Source: Nemertoderma westbladi (Eukaryota > Animalia > Xenacoelomorpha). From it: DNA of 64,000 bases. Below are positions 24,001 to 34,709 of this stretch, one piece after another. How positions within the stretch are numbered: position 1 is the stretch's first letter; the number at the start of each line of letters is the position of its first letter. Under the pieces are notes generated by a model. That model was not told the origin of the DNA. It saw only the letters and a list, made by a program, of their open reading frames with translations, and did no database searches. A program made the translations under genes and the position numbers. The stretch is taken from positions 7,269 to 71,268 of the forward strand of contig JAUCBJ010008187.1 in assembly GCA_032718475.1 (NCBI GenBank), in the 5' to 3' direction.

Positions 24001-24594
24001 GTTGTCAATGCGGTAAGAAGCATGCATTATTTCCATCTCAGTGACAGACAATCCATAAACCCATTCGTATTTCGATGCGATAATACCTGGAACCTCATCA
24101 GCATTAGGCACCCATCCTGATCTCTCACTCGTCATGTTTAGGAAGTACGGATACACATTGTCTGTGTAGCAACGATCGATTTCACCCAGACATGTTTGCA
24201 ATTTACTTTCATTATTTGCTCCTTCAGGAACACCCCATCGAAGGTCGCACTCTACCAGATGGATCAACCTTTCCTCACACCAGATTCTCAGCTCTGGCAG
24301 TGTTTGTTTAATCAAAATTTCGCGTTCAGCATGGAAATCCTTGAAGGTGGACGATACAAATAATCGAACAGTCTTCCAGTTCGAGTGAGGCTCTTGAAAT
24401 CTCCTTCCTTTTGTGTTCTTCCAGATTTTAATACTCGATTCTGCTTGATCCCAACATAATTTCACAACAGATTGGAATGCAGATGATGCGACTGATAACT
24501 TTCTATTATCTACTTTTGATACCGTCTCGCCATCAGGGTCCTCATTGACCAGCGGTTTGTATGGAGCTGTTTTGATAGAAGAACCACATCCCAT
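21022..24594 (-). CDS. DUF4062-NACHT(STAND)-TPR protein, paralogue B, 1190 aa, intronless
   Basis: ATG at 24594 (MGCGSS). Same DUF4062, Walker A GGPGSGKTS, Walker B VIVIIDAVNQ and TPR region as paralogue A, colinear up to EKGYP.PGTE, then an unrelated short acidic tail. Confidence 0.9.
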   Translation of the reverse strand: MGCGSSIKTAPYKPLVNEDPDGETVSKVDNRKLSVASSAFQSVVKLCWDQAESSIKIWKNTKGRRFQEPHSNWKTVRLFVSSTFKDFHAEREILIKQTLPELRIWCEERLIHLVECDLRWGVPEGANNESKLQTCLGEIDRCYTDNVYPYFLNMTSERSGWVPNADEVPGIIASKYEWVYGLSVTEMEIMHASYRIDNPNSLFMIRDRAFAKTIPLEFKLEFIDSESLVRMKTDKLKKMLRRRFPKDQVNMYTCQYDSYDSKRERVALKGLEDFASVVLEFFKQRIATQYPVDTKPQDPYEQQKQDHVNFLSIRSHNVIGREATVDEVLAYIDSDHTHVPMLVVGGPGSGKTSIMAKITDEVLKRYKPLIGGADEKTIFFHFVGATPGASNIDEMLKRLLRESGFVSANAMPQDKEKTYQMACALLSSKTIENEVIVIIDAVNQFSSEQSLEEQFTWLPLELSSNVRVIVSLINNISLHKTLQKRIPSPVELTISSLSRESRKTMVSNNLGQYNKLLTDVQMDKLLDKTASINPLWLSMACEELRVFGEFTQVTKKIDEMSDGLENLIIQVLDRFEEEYGGELVVATLCLLKASRMGLLETELLRLLANEDDLVVPLEIPEKQDFEASDKVNKNDEYESIPAAKWAVVFRALKSFLRPFGNSGEGRLDFYHQSIYKAVTMKYFEKNTEVLTHVSWFWHNKLADFFKNEGNLRRKCEEFPFHLVQVGRTNDLIEFLTDWEVVEELYKFPFSSELFWYWQKICTMEEVGDKYKDKLEYSINNTNTTAEELCTRHLYIGCILSQAGMHDDAIKVLENALKIEESQCGSRVEYIVEINEALVLARDTKLKMAQYMYRSQLPEIKLIFTYVKQAIKQRRCMGSVESKRKLGWLLVTYSFHLSGWNLRGGNEELRAADAAEKANTAAEEAVAIFRDLNSPGELAEALMTKAILITNDNKRQIEEYKQAEVTCEQVYGRNSILMTRITQNTGIAYEESGNYNKAFDYFREGYMIAINKFGKDHNKTLKAREILEEPMYRRINTEKGYPKPGTEGEEFFKPIKTPEPSPLDATGDNKISTDKTKPEHDQQTEKLDMSGEISTSGDDDDGNKQQLEKGDISQTSEEQSNFHPASIQLEDQPEILLSDNLSMTVQLDNQPVTNHPDDPPLTVQLDNQPVTDHPEYKPDILQSHEEPFAGQ

Positions 24595-24606
24595 ATTTTG
24601 CAAGTA

Positions 24607-25387
24607 GGTTTTTCTTTATCAGTGACTCACATTGGCTGCGGGGTTATCTTTATCAGTGACTCACATTGGATGCGGGGTTATCTTTATCAGTGACTCACAT
24701 TGGCTGCGGGGTTATCTTTATCAGTGACTCACATTGGATGCGGGGTTATCTTTATCAGTGACTCACATTGGCTGCGGGGTTATCTTTATCAGTGACTCAC
24801 ATTGGATGCGGGGTTATCTTTATCAGTGACTCACATTGGCTGCGGGTTTATCTTTATCAGTGACTCACATTGGCTGCGGGTTATCTTTATCAGTGACTCA
24901 CATTGGCTGCGGGTTTATCTTTATCAGTGACTCACATTGGCTGCGGGTTTATCTTTATCAGTGACTCACATTGGCTGCGGGTTTATCTTTATCAGAGACT
25001 CACATTAGCTGCGGGTTTATCTCTATCAGTGACTCACATTGGCTGCGGGTTATCTTTATCAGTGACTCACATTGGCTGCGGGTTTATCTTTATCAGTGAC
25101 TCACATTGGCTGCGGGTTTATCTTTATCAGTGACTCACATTTGCTGCGGGTTTATCTTTATCAGTGACTCACATTGGCTGCGGGTTTATCTTTATCAGTG
25201 ACTCACATTGTCTGCGGGTTTATATTTATCAGTGACTCACATTGACTGCGGGTTTATCTATATCAGTGACTCACATTGGCTGCGGGTTTATCTTTATCAG
25301 TGACTCACATTGGCTGCGGGTTTATCTTTATCAGTGACTCACATTGGCTGCGGGTTTATCTTTATCAGTAACTCACATTGGCTGCGG
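24607..25387 (-). promoter_or_regulatory. 34-bp tandem repeat (~23 copies) just upstream of the paralogue B start codon; CCAAT + AP-1 + 2x GATA in most units
   Basis: Same unit and same 12-bp spacing to the ATG as at paralogue A; the outermost unit shares the variant tcagtAactcac. The regulatory role is inferred. Confidence 0.6.
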
Positions 25388-25489
25388 AATTACATTTAGC
25401 ATCTACTAATGCCACATATCAACAAATAGGTACCAAACTACTAAGGTTGTAGCAAAGCAGATCAACGTTATTTGTAAGAAATCATTGAA

Positions 25490-25850
25490 ATCTGGGGCGA
25501 GCCAAAAAGTAAGCGAGCCTTAGCATACAGTTTAATATACCGCGAAATCGGCGTTGTCCCTCTGTCTGACTCAATGTTGACGCCAATATCACAGCAACGG
25601 CTCAGTCAAATTTTTTGAAATTTATCGTGTATGTAGTAGGGAAAAAATTTAGAGAATTTTGGTGTCGTGCAATTTCACGGTCCGCCGTTAGGTGGCGCCA
25701 AATATAAAATATACAATGAATCATTATTGTCAGTAAAATTTTGCAGTTTCCAAAGGCTAGGTCAAATAGATATTAATACAGTTTAACATGTAGACTCTCG
25801 TGCTGCGCGAAGGCCCCACATCGTGTTATAATGGTCTGTCGATATGTAGG
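25490..25850 (+). mobile_element. Dispersed non-coding repeat, possibly DINE/Helitron-like; related pieces at ~32278-32650 and ~32878-32915
   Basis: Shared ggggcgagcca start and cgtgc(t/a)gcgcgaag(g/t)ccccac..cgtgt motif in the copies. Confidence 0.45.
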
Positions 25851-27010
25851 AGCACTTTTTCAATTTACTTATTAATCATTAGTAATTTAAGTAACTTCGA
25901 TCTCCGCAAATTTTTAACTTTTCTTAATTTCATAAGAATTTAGCAAACTAAAATGATCATATCTATCAAAATTTCCCTTATATATAAAACATCATCTTGA
26001 ATCAACTCCTCACAGTTAAATAAGTAAATAATTATTAAAACTGTCAATCTGATGCTCGTAAAATTTACAAGCCAATTCTGGATTCTCTGCACTCCATGAC
26101 CATAATTGTAAATAGTGTGAAATATTGACCTTTAATAATAATAATAACTGACATACTTTAAATTGTCAATTAGTTCAATATTGTTGAACTAAGTATATTT
26201 AGTTTCAAGCCAGGTAGTTTGGGGTGAACGATTTTATCGGGTGCCAGGAGACCTGCGTAAACAATGCTTGATATTGGGCAAAACCTATCTCAATATATTC
26301 CTATAAGAATAATTTGCGATTGTGCGGTACGGTATATGCCTATAATGATTATCATCTTAAGTTCAGTAATAATTGATTTGATTGACATTTTGTGATATTA
26401 AAGGTATTATAATGTGAATAATACTGACATATGTAGGGCAACGCCCAATGCTAGGTGAAATTGCCGTTGTAATAAATTTCACATTCCTCTGTTCCATTTA
26501 CAGGTGTTATCCACATTTTCTGATCTTGTTCCATTTGCTGCTGTTCTATAAACTATCACACGTATAAGAACTTTATTCCAATAGGATGCAAACTTTGTTA
26601 TAATATGATGCGAACTTTGTTCCAATTGTCCCAACTTCTATTGTGCTTAGTTTATTGTTTTGGTTAAAATAACGTGCCACTGTAACCTGCTCCTTTCCCT
26701 AAATTGATAATTTAACATTGATGCGGGATATTAATTCGCCAAGGCGGGTTTTGCGTCCAGTTCCCCCCCCCCCCCCCCCCCTGTCTCTATTATGTAGTTG
26801 AAATATAAAAGGTAATTTTGAAAATATCATTTTAGTTGATTGGAACAGATTCGCATCAATTGGAACAAAGTTCGCGTAACCATTTATATAGAATCACATT
26901 TGAAAACTGTCAATGTGACCCAATATTTAACAAGCCATAGTACTAATGATAACTATTATCATTCAGAGCTTTCATTAAGATGAGATTGTTCGGCTAACAA
27001 CCACGATCTA

Positions 27011-27940
27011 CTAATTATCCTTCGATTCAGCTGGATTCTCATAAACAGCCTGAACCCATACCCTATACATCTTCAGTCTCTTTATCCGATTCACTTGGAG
27101 TCTTCTATCCACGTGGCTCCGAACCTCAACCAGTCCCGCTCCGGACATTAAGTCATCGACCTCCATAGTCTCAAAGAAATAGGCCCGAGTCCCGTCGCCT
27201 CTGACGTAGAAGTTATCCGAGATGCACTTGCCGGATCCGAAACGCAACTGCGCCATGTCGTAACGTCCGTAATCCCGGAATAGGAGACGCCCACCCGGCG
27301 ATAAATACTTGGCAGCCGAGGCTACGAACGCAGACATCTTGGAGGGGCTAACCGAACTCAGTACAAACAGCATAAGGATTATATCAACAGAATTGGTTTC
27401 TATGGGGGTCGCAGCTGTTTGGTCCGTTAAATCACTGTGGAATACCAGACAACGTTTAGTATCGTAGGTATCCAGGGTTTTTACGAAGTTTACCGCAGTT
27501 TCAGAGAAGTCGCACCCGTAAATAAAAACTCTGGGGTCGCTTATCGTTTCTAGTAGCGGCATAATAGTGTTGCCAACTCCGCAACCTGTTTCTAGGATCC
27601 GCGTGTGTAGGTTACTATGACTACGGGCGATGCGGTTTTGCTCTGTCGTGGTTAATATCTCTGGGAACTCCGTAAACAACCAGTGGCGATCTTTAAAGAA
27701 TCGGTTCTGATGTATCGAATAGAAGGAATCCCAGTTGGAACTCGCCTCATTCTCCAACTCGTCCCGTCGCGATTCAGAAACTTTATTCGCCGCATTTGTT
27801 TCCACCTTCTTCTTCGCTTCATCTTCCTGCTCTGCTCCCCACTCGGCATTATCCCAAGCGTTATGTTCAAATACTTGGGATTTATCAGTTAAGTTACGGT
27901 TTCCGAATTGTTGACGCTTTGACTCACCAGAATCGCACAT
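27011..27940 (-). CDS. METTL2: tRNA N3-methylcytidine methyltransferase METTL2-like (Trm140 family), 309 aa, intronless
   Basis: QFGNRNLTD...VFEHNAWD, WDSFY..HQNRFFKDRHWLFTEFPE, SAM motif ETGCGVGNT, GCDFSETAV, FRDYGRYDMAQLRF, FYVRGDGTRAYFF, DRRLQVNR...MYRVWVQ. Confidence 0.93.
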   Translation of the reverse strand: MCDSGESKRQQFGNRNLTDKSQVFEHNAWDNAEWGAEQEDEAKKKVETNAANKVSESRRDELENEASSNWDSFYSIHQNRFFKDRHWLFTEFPEILTTTEQNRIARSHSNLHTRILETGCGVGNTIMPLLETISDPRVFIYGCDFSETAVNFVKTLDTYDTKRCLVFHSDLTDQTAATPIETNSVDIILMLFVLSSVSPSKMSAFVASAAKYLSPGGRLLFRDYGRYDMAQLRFGSGKCISDNFYVRGDGTRAYFFETMEVDDLMSGAGLVEVRSHVDRRLQVNRIKRLKMYRVWVQAVYENPAESKDN

Positions 27941-28801
27941 TATTCCTTAATTACTGTAACAATAAACAGTACAGCGTACTGTTAGGCTGTTGTTACAATA
28001 AATATTATCCTTGATGCCTACCTCCAGTATCTCCGTATGCGCGAGTCAATTTATATTTAGTTATGTGACCAAAATCGTTAACAAATATAAAACGGAAAAG
28101 GGTACTAACGGGTAAAACAGTAAAATTACTGTAGCAATTACGGTTAATAGACCAAGTTTGTGAAGGAAAAAATACTCATCATATCCTCAACCGAAGTGTT
28201 CACATTTAAAATTCCCGCTATATAGTGCAGCCATTCCTGGTTAGCTAAAGGAGTAACTAAGTAGTTCATATGAGTATTTCAATTTAATATGTTTATTATG
28301 ATAAATCTGTTTACTATGGTAGGCCTATGTCTCTATGTCCCAAAGCCACGCCCACGAGGGGACCCAGGTCAGAGTTAGCGCTGTAGCGGATAGCGCTGAT
28401 AAGATAGCTGGAAAAACTTGCATAATATTACATCATCCGCTACTAATAGTAACTCCCCATGAAACATTTGTCCAGGGTACCTGGGGCATTTATTTATTAC
28501 CTGATATTGCATCAGCCATATTAATAACACCTTGGTATAAATAATAGAGTATTTCCTAGGTAGGTATTAAGTTATGCGTACAACTTGACGATAGTAAAAT
28601 ACCGGTACCACTGGAAGTTACGCGTAGTTCTTGTTTACAGAGTTTTGTTAGACCCTGTTTGTATTAGGCCTAGTTTTTTATTCAGTTGCGTTCTTGGTTA
28701 CCAGCTAGCAACAGCTGAACAGGGTAACAAACACCCAACGTTAAACTAGACTGAACTACGTACCTAGTACCTCTACTGCTATAATCATCACAGTAATCGG
28801 T

Positions 28802-29845
28802 ATGGCACATATATGCGACCCTGGATTACAGAGGGACCCACACCCGCCCTCCCCAATGCAACCCGTGCCGCCATCCAACCTATACGCCCCCAGCGGGGAC
28901 CCTGCACCAGACATAGACGAGGCGACCAGCTACTCTATAACTAGTCGCAGTTTGGTGGACCCCAACCCGTTGGTGTACGAGAACATTGTATCGCTGCTAG
29001 CCAACCGGGTTGAATTGAACAACGGTGAGTGTTTCTACGAAGTCGGGATAGGGGACGACTCACAGCAGGGTCTAGCGGAGTCCGAGATGGAAGCGGCGAT
29101 AGCCACACTGCATCGTATGAGCGGCGAGATCGGTTGTCGGGCCACGTTGCTGAGACAACGAGAGGTTTCCGAGTGGCTCACGGTAGCGGAGTTCATCGTG
29201 AGACGGATGGTCGGTGAGTCGGACTTTATAGAAGTGCGAGTGGCGGTAGTCGGCAACGTGGACGCGGGTAAGTCCACATTGCTGGGGGTGCTCACCCACG
29301 GCGAGTTGGACAACGGGAGGGGCGTAGCAAGACAGAAACTCTTCCGACACAAACACGAGATGGAGACCGGTCGTACTAGCAGTGTCGGCAACGACATCCT
29401 CGGGTTCGATATCGCCGGTAACATCGTCAATAAGGTAGACGCGCACAGCTCGTCCTTGGATTGGACCTCGATATGCGAGGACGCCGCCAAGGTTGTCACC
29501 TTTATAGACCTCGCCGGACACGAGAAGTATCTGAAGACCACGATCTTCGGGATGACCGGACACGTTCCGGACTTCGGGATGTTGATGATCGGGGCGAACG
29601 CGGGAATAATCGGGATGACGAAGGAGCACCTCGGGTTGGCGTTGGCGCTGAGTGTGCCGGTGTTCGTTGTCGTTACCAAGATCGATATGTGTCCCAGTAA
29701 CGTGTTGGCCGAGACCCTGAAACTCCTACATAAGGTTCTGAAGTCACCCGGCTGTAGGAAGATACCGGTACCCGTCTCCAACAAGGATGACGTCATAGTG
29801 ACGGCGTCTAACTTCACGAGTCAGAGAGTTTGTCCAATATTCCAG
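28802..29845 (+). CDS. GTPBP1: GTP-binding protein 1, exon 1 (348 codons)
   Basis: [61 protein letters not shown]; donor CAG|gtaagt at 29845/29846. Confidence 0.93.
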
Positions 29846-30202
29846 GTAAGTCTGGTGCGGGTTCACTTCTAGAATGATAATTTAAAAATTTTCGCGAAAT
29901 TAACTTTAATTCGGCAATTTTATTACAATTGAAATGTTTGTTAACATTAATAGAAGTTAATATTTGGCTTTTGAAAATTTGCTATAAATTAATTTCATAA
30001 ACTTTAGGCATAATTTATCGCAAGTAGAATAATTTAATCTGATAATTATTATTAATATTATCAGTTATAATAATTAAATTAACAACAGTATTTATAATAT
30101 GATTCCTGTAGAATATTTTATTCATTTAGAAAGTTAAAATAAATTTAACACAGTTTATTTACTTAGTAAATCAACTCTCTTCTCGTTACCTAAATCCCCC
30201 AG

Positions 30203-31099
30203 GTCTCCAACGTTACCGGCGAGAACCTCCCGCTCCTAAAGACCTTCCTGAACCTGCTGTCCCCGCGGATGGGAACCCACGCGACCGACGCGTCCGAGTT
30301 CCAGATCGACGACATCTACTCGGTCCCCGGGGTCGGCACAGTGGTGTCCGGGACCACGATGCGCGGGGTCATACAGCTGAACGACTCGCTGCTACTGGGC
30401 CCCGACCCCCTGGGGCAGTTCGTAAACATCGCGATCCGCACGATACACCGGAAACGGATGCCCGTCAAGGAGGTCCGAGGGGGGCAGACCGCCTCGTTCG
30501 CCTTGAAGAAGATCAAAAGGAGTCAGATCCGCAAGGGGATGGTGATAGTCTCACCGGCGGTGCAACCCCAGGCCTGTTGGGAGTTCGAGGGGGACATCCT
30601 GGTGCTGCACCATCCCACCACTATCTGCGCTCGCTACCAGGCTATGGTCCACTGCGGGAGTGTTAGACAGACGGCCAGTATCACCGCCATGGACTTGGAT
30701 TGTCTGCGGACTGGCGATAAATCTCGGGTTCACTTCCGGTTTATAAAACAACCGGAATACATCCGGGAGGGGAGTCGGTTGGTGTTCCGGGAGGGTCGAA
30801 CCAAGGCAGTGGGGAACGTTGTTAAAGTGTTCCCGCATGTAGTGGGGCTGCCCCAGTCCCATCGGGCCGTAAAGGTCAATAAGATGCGACCCAGGGGCTG
30901 CGAAGGGGAGCCTTTAGCGCCTCTTAGCGGCAATAAGGAGAATCAGCCGCGGTCTCGGGGTAAACGGTCGCGTAGGGGTAACAGCGAGTCTGGTGTGACT
31001 CACCCGGGGTCTACTGCTAGTCGGAGCGACAATCCCACCACCCACAGACCGCGAGAGAATGAGAGTGAATCAACTCAAAGTCGCGAGTTGGATAAATAG
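30203..31099 (+). CDS. GTPBP1: GTP-binding protein 1, exon 2 (total protein 646 aa; 357-bp phase-0 intron 29846..30202)
   Basis: Acceptor ccccag|GTC restores [14 protein letters not shown]; followed by [34 protein letters not shown]. Confidence 0.92.
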   Translation, partial: VSNVTGENLPLLKTFLNLLSPRMGTHATDASEFQIDDIYSVPGVGTVVSGTTMRGVIQLNDSLLLGPDPLGQFVNIAIRTIHRKRMPVKEVRGGQTASFALKKIKRSQIRKGMVIVSPAVQPQACWEFEGDILVLHHPTTICARYQAMVHCGSVRQTASITAMDLDCLRTGDKSRVHFRFIKQPEYIREGSRLVFREGRTKAVGNVVKVFPHVVGLPQSHRAVKVNKMRPRGCEGEPLAPLSGNKENQPRSRGKRSRRGNSESGVTHPGSTASRSDNPTTHRPRENESESTQSRELDK

Positions 31100-33293
31100 T
31101 CGCAGAGATTAGTCTGGGATTAATGCAATCAATAACTCGACTTTATTCTAGATGTAATCATTACGATTTATAATGGGTGGGGTGGATGTTTCATTATGAA
31201 TGGTTTTGTGCTGCACTCTAACTCTTATTGCGGACAGACTACGTGGTACATCTCTTATTTAATTGGTTGATGTGTTTGAACACGGTGCATTAGTTACTTA
31301 CAAGCTATAGGATCTCACCACTTTATTAAGTGGCTAATAGCAGCTGTTTATAATGGGTCTACATCGTTTCAGGAGGCTTTTTATATTTATAGCTATTGGT
31401 TTTTTTTAAGAAAATCCCAATGATTTTATTCTGTTTTAGAAATGAAATGATGATTTATTGTGGGTTTGTATGAATTTCTTTGTGAATAAAATAAGGTCGA
31501 TGTAATAAATTATGGTTGATGTTTGTTAAAAATTATAATTATGTTTTTAGACTTTATGTGTTAAGGTATTATTTTTAAATGTTTTAATTAATCATAAACT
31601 ATCTCATTACATTAATAACTGTGCTGTTGGTTAATATACAGATTTGGACACATCTGAACTTTTCTTATATTGTAATGGTTCGCCAAGCATGTGATGTTAC
31701 CAACCTAGCCTGTATGTATTCATAAAAACTGGGAACCAAAACGCAGACTTAATGTTGCGTGCTAACAACGATTACCAGACGGTAGTCCGCTAACTGACAG
31801 TATGTTTCACCTCACAGCGGAATCCATTCTCAAGAGGCTCAAGTTAGGAAATGTAACCAAGGGTGGAGTCCCATATACGTGAACATTGTAGACTAACCAA
31901 AGGGAAGCAGCACCAGAAACTTTCTCCAATAACGTTTCGGAATAATTGTTGCCCTAACGTGTATTAGTCTACCATAAATCCGTTTTAAATTTATGTTTCT
32001 TTTTGGGTAAAAATAATCCTAATATTATGTATAAAGTTATAAGTACTTTATGTAGCCGATTAAGTGTTTCTGGAATACATGATTTTACTCAAAAGTTTGT
32101 TCACAAATGGGACAATTAATATAATGTACATATGTAATAAAATTATATTAATGTCCTAGTTGAAAATGCGACATATTTAATTTAATATTTGAAGGGTTAA
32201 TGTGGGGCGAATCAAAACTGTGAGCCATCAACGAAGTGTAATAATTATACTGTGGCCGTTTTCTAAAAGTATGTGTGTTGGGCGAGCCATGTGAGCCTGG
32301 GTATAATTAGTGGGGACGTCAGTCATTGTCGTCGTCGTTGTCGGAAATGTTTGATGGATGAAATTGAACCAAACTTAGTACACAGGTAGTAAATTATACA
32401 GAGAAACAGACTTCTGTAGTTCATCTCTCTGCCGCGGGGGCAAATTTACAGAAACGTAAAAGTAGCTGTAATTATAGTATCAACCATCAGATTCATCTGA
32501 AATTTGGTAGGAGAGACGTCCGAGCGTTGCAGAATAAATTTCAGTTCCTCTGTCTGCCGCTAGGGGGCGAATTACTACGTCCACTAATTGTACCTCTGGA
32601 CTTACGTGCAGCGCGAAGTCCCCACGTACGTGTCATATAATATGTGTGTCGGAAGCCAATAATTAACTGCATGTTCCTTTAACACAAGAGTCCCAGTAGC
32701 CAATAAACGCCGCGTAATTCTAGTTTTACTTTTCGTCATGCAACCTACTCACTTCCCTTGCTATCTCTGCAAAATTGCAGTTGCACAGCGACTGTTAGTG
32801 GTTGTTTGAGGAATTGAACATAACTAGCCATATAGTATAATTGTAATTTATTGTTCGATAAGATGGCTTGCAGCTTTTGCTGCACGAAGGCCCCACACGT
32901 GTCTATATTATGTGTGTGGCTGTGTTGTAGGTGGGGGATGGACTGACAGTACGTACATTAACAGTATGATGTGTAAGATTTTATTTAAAGGATAAAACAG
33001 ATGCTAATTATAAAGTGTGAAAATATGAAAATATACGTCTCTACTTGGGGCAAATAATAAGTGGAGATAAATAATGTTATGCGGTAGTCAGGGTTGTGTA
33101 TGTTGGGGTGTCAATGTCTGTTGGAGGCCAATAACAATAATTAATTAAATAGCCATAAAGGATAAGTGTTTGCCGAGATGGGTCGCGAGCTCACGTAGTC
33201 CCGACGCGGGTTACTCAATGAATAAACTGTTAGGAATACATTTTAGGGGGAAAGATGAAGATTTTAAGGTATATATTGTTGTTTGTGTTTTAG

Positions 33294-33546
33294 GAAGCTG
33301 GGTAAATCGACCAAGACTTGCACTGCAACATCCTCCCGGGGTTCCAGCGAAGGGTCACCTCCGTTTCTGCCGCTGAGCGACTCTGAAAGATTCGAGATGG
33401 ATGTAACAGAATCTTTGCGGGTCCTGGAGGATCGGGCTGCCATGCTCGCTGCGAGGATCGATATACGGAACCAACCGGAGTACCAAAGGGAGATGGTGAA
33501 GAATTACATAGAGGAAGCCAGTAAACAGTACAGTGGATACCAGGAG
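33294..33546 (+). CDS. Putative exon of an OTUD7/Cezanne-like gene (C-terminal helical block)
   Basis: Acceptor gtgttttag at 33293. The peptide RNQPEYQREMVKNYIEEASKQY resembles the YQEEMIQRYL..AE.RF block I recall from OTUD7A/B. A weak phase-0 donor GAG|gttggt lies at 33546. Boundaries are uncertain. Confidence 0.5.
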
Positions 33547-33859
33547 GTTGGTGGTGAGCGGGAGGGTATGGGTTAAATAATCAATTAGGGGAAAGGGGCA
33601 GATTACTGTGGTACGTTATTCTAACAAAAACAATAAACAAAAGTCAATAGTTACAGTTTCATGTTTGATGGTAAATCAGGTTTGCGTTGGGTTCCCATAG
33701 TGAGGGATAATAGCGAAAGAGCAATCCCCCCCCCCCCCCCCCCCCTCCCGATGGTAAATTCCTGATAGTATTCAGCGGTGATCTGGTAGCACATTCTGTT
33801 TCGTAGGAAGTACAGGAGCTCTATTCTGTACAAGACTGTAGTGCATTTACACTTCGACC

Positions 33860-34134
33860 CTTCTCCATCGATCACCGCCTTATTGTGGCCAAGGTAAGAC
33901 TTAGTCTCCGCCCTAGAAGAATTACGAAATCTGCCTTGCCACGGCATGACTGGTCCTCTCTGTTGCAACAGCCAAGTGTGAGATCCAGCTTCACATTACA
34001 GCTGAGCAACAGGTATGAGGTTCTTGCCTCTGAGGCGGCAGATCACTGTGAGGGCTATACTGCCTTCACACAGGCAGTTAAGTTAGCAGAAACAGTTCCT
34101 GTATACCCTCGAAACAGGAAAGTAGTAGTAGTAG
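33860..34134 (+). mobile_element. RTE-LINE fragment (end of endonuclease / linker), inside the putative intron
   Basis: DHRLIVAKVRLSLRP...DWSSL...FTLQLSNRYEVL, ending at an (AGT)n run. Confidence 0.65.
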
Positions 34135-34295
34135 CAGCGATGTGGTTGCTACCGATTGTTGTGCAGACGTTTGTGTAATATGCGGGATTCGCTACATTAT
34201 TCGCTACATATTAAATTTATAGTAATTTAAGATTAATTGGTTTTATAAGTCGATTAAATACCTCAAGTCAATTTGAATTTCTCTTTATTGTACAG

Positions 34296-34709
34296 AGTCG
34301 TCACGCATCAAAGAGACTAGTTATTATTCCTGAATCGAACACGCATCCCGCAGTTCGCGATGGTTTCCATGGAAACACCAATAATAAAGAACACCATGGA
34401 AGTCCCGTTCACACATCTAGCACGCGATTGGAGAGCCAGTACATTGATCCTCCAGGCTATTGGTCCAGTCAGAGCGTCGGTAAAGTTTGCTCTAACCCTG
34501 CTGCTCTGAAGGACGGCTACTTTGATTCGTCGCGTTACCCTATTGGCGGTTGTCAAGGCAACTCCAGAAAGGAAGCGCGGCGTATTGAATACCGATTGGA
34601 CGGTAATATAAGATGTCGACGTGTTGATTGTGTTAATTTTGCTTCTGGGGCCACTGATTATTTCTGCAGTGAATGTTATAAAGATATCCCTCCACCACCA
34701 TGTAGCTGA
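34296..34709 (+). CDS. Putative terminal exon encoding an A20-type zinc finger
   Basis: Acceptor ttctctttattgtacag at 34295, open phase-0 frame to TGA. CRRVDCVNFASGATDYFCSECYK fits C-x4-C-x11-C-x2-C exactly. Confidence 0.65.
   Translation, partial: SRHASKRLVIIPESNTHPAVRDGFHGNTNNKEHHGSPVHTSSTRLESQYIDPPGYWSSQSVGKVCSNPAALKDGYFDSSRYPIGGCQGNSRKEARRIEYRLDGNIRCRRVDCVNFASGATDYFCSECYKDIPPPPCS

Noticed and set aside
3938-24594. Calling the STAND genes TEP1 and linking them to the telomere-like satellites
   Set aside because: No TROVE or WD40 regions are visible; only the DUF4062-NACHT module is shared, so no gene symbol is given and the proximity is treated as coincidental.
24607-25387. CRISPR-like appearance of the 29-34-bp repeat arrays (also 35886-37246 and 37727-50130)
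   Set aside because: Units are directly adjacent with no unique spacers, there are no cas genes, and the context is eukaryotic.
31770-31882. Short frame containing SPLTDSMFHL, vaguely like the end of an OTU domain
   Set aside because: Only a five-residue match, bounded by stops, with no convincing splice sites.
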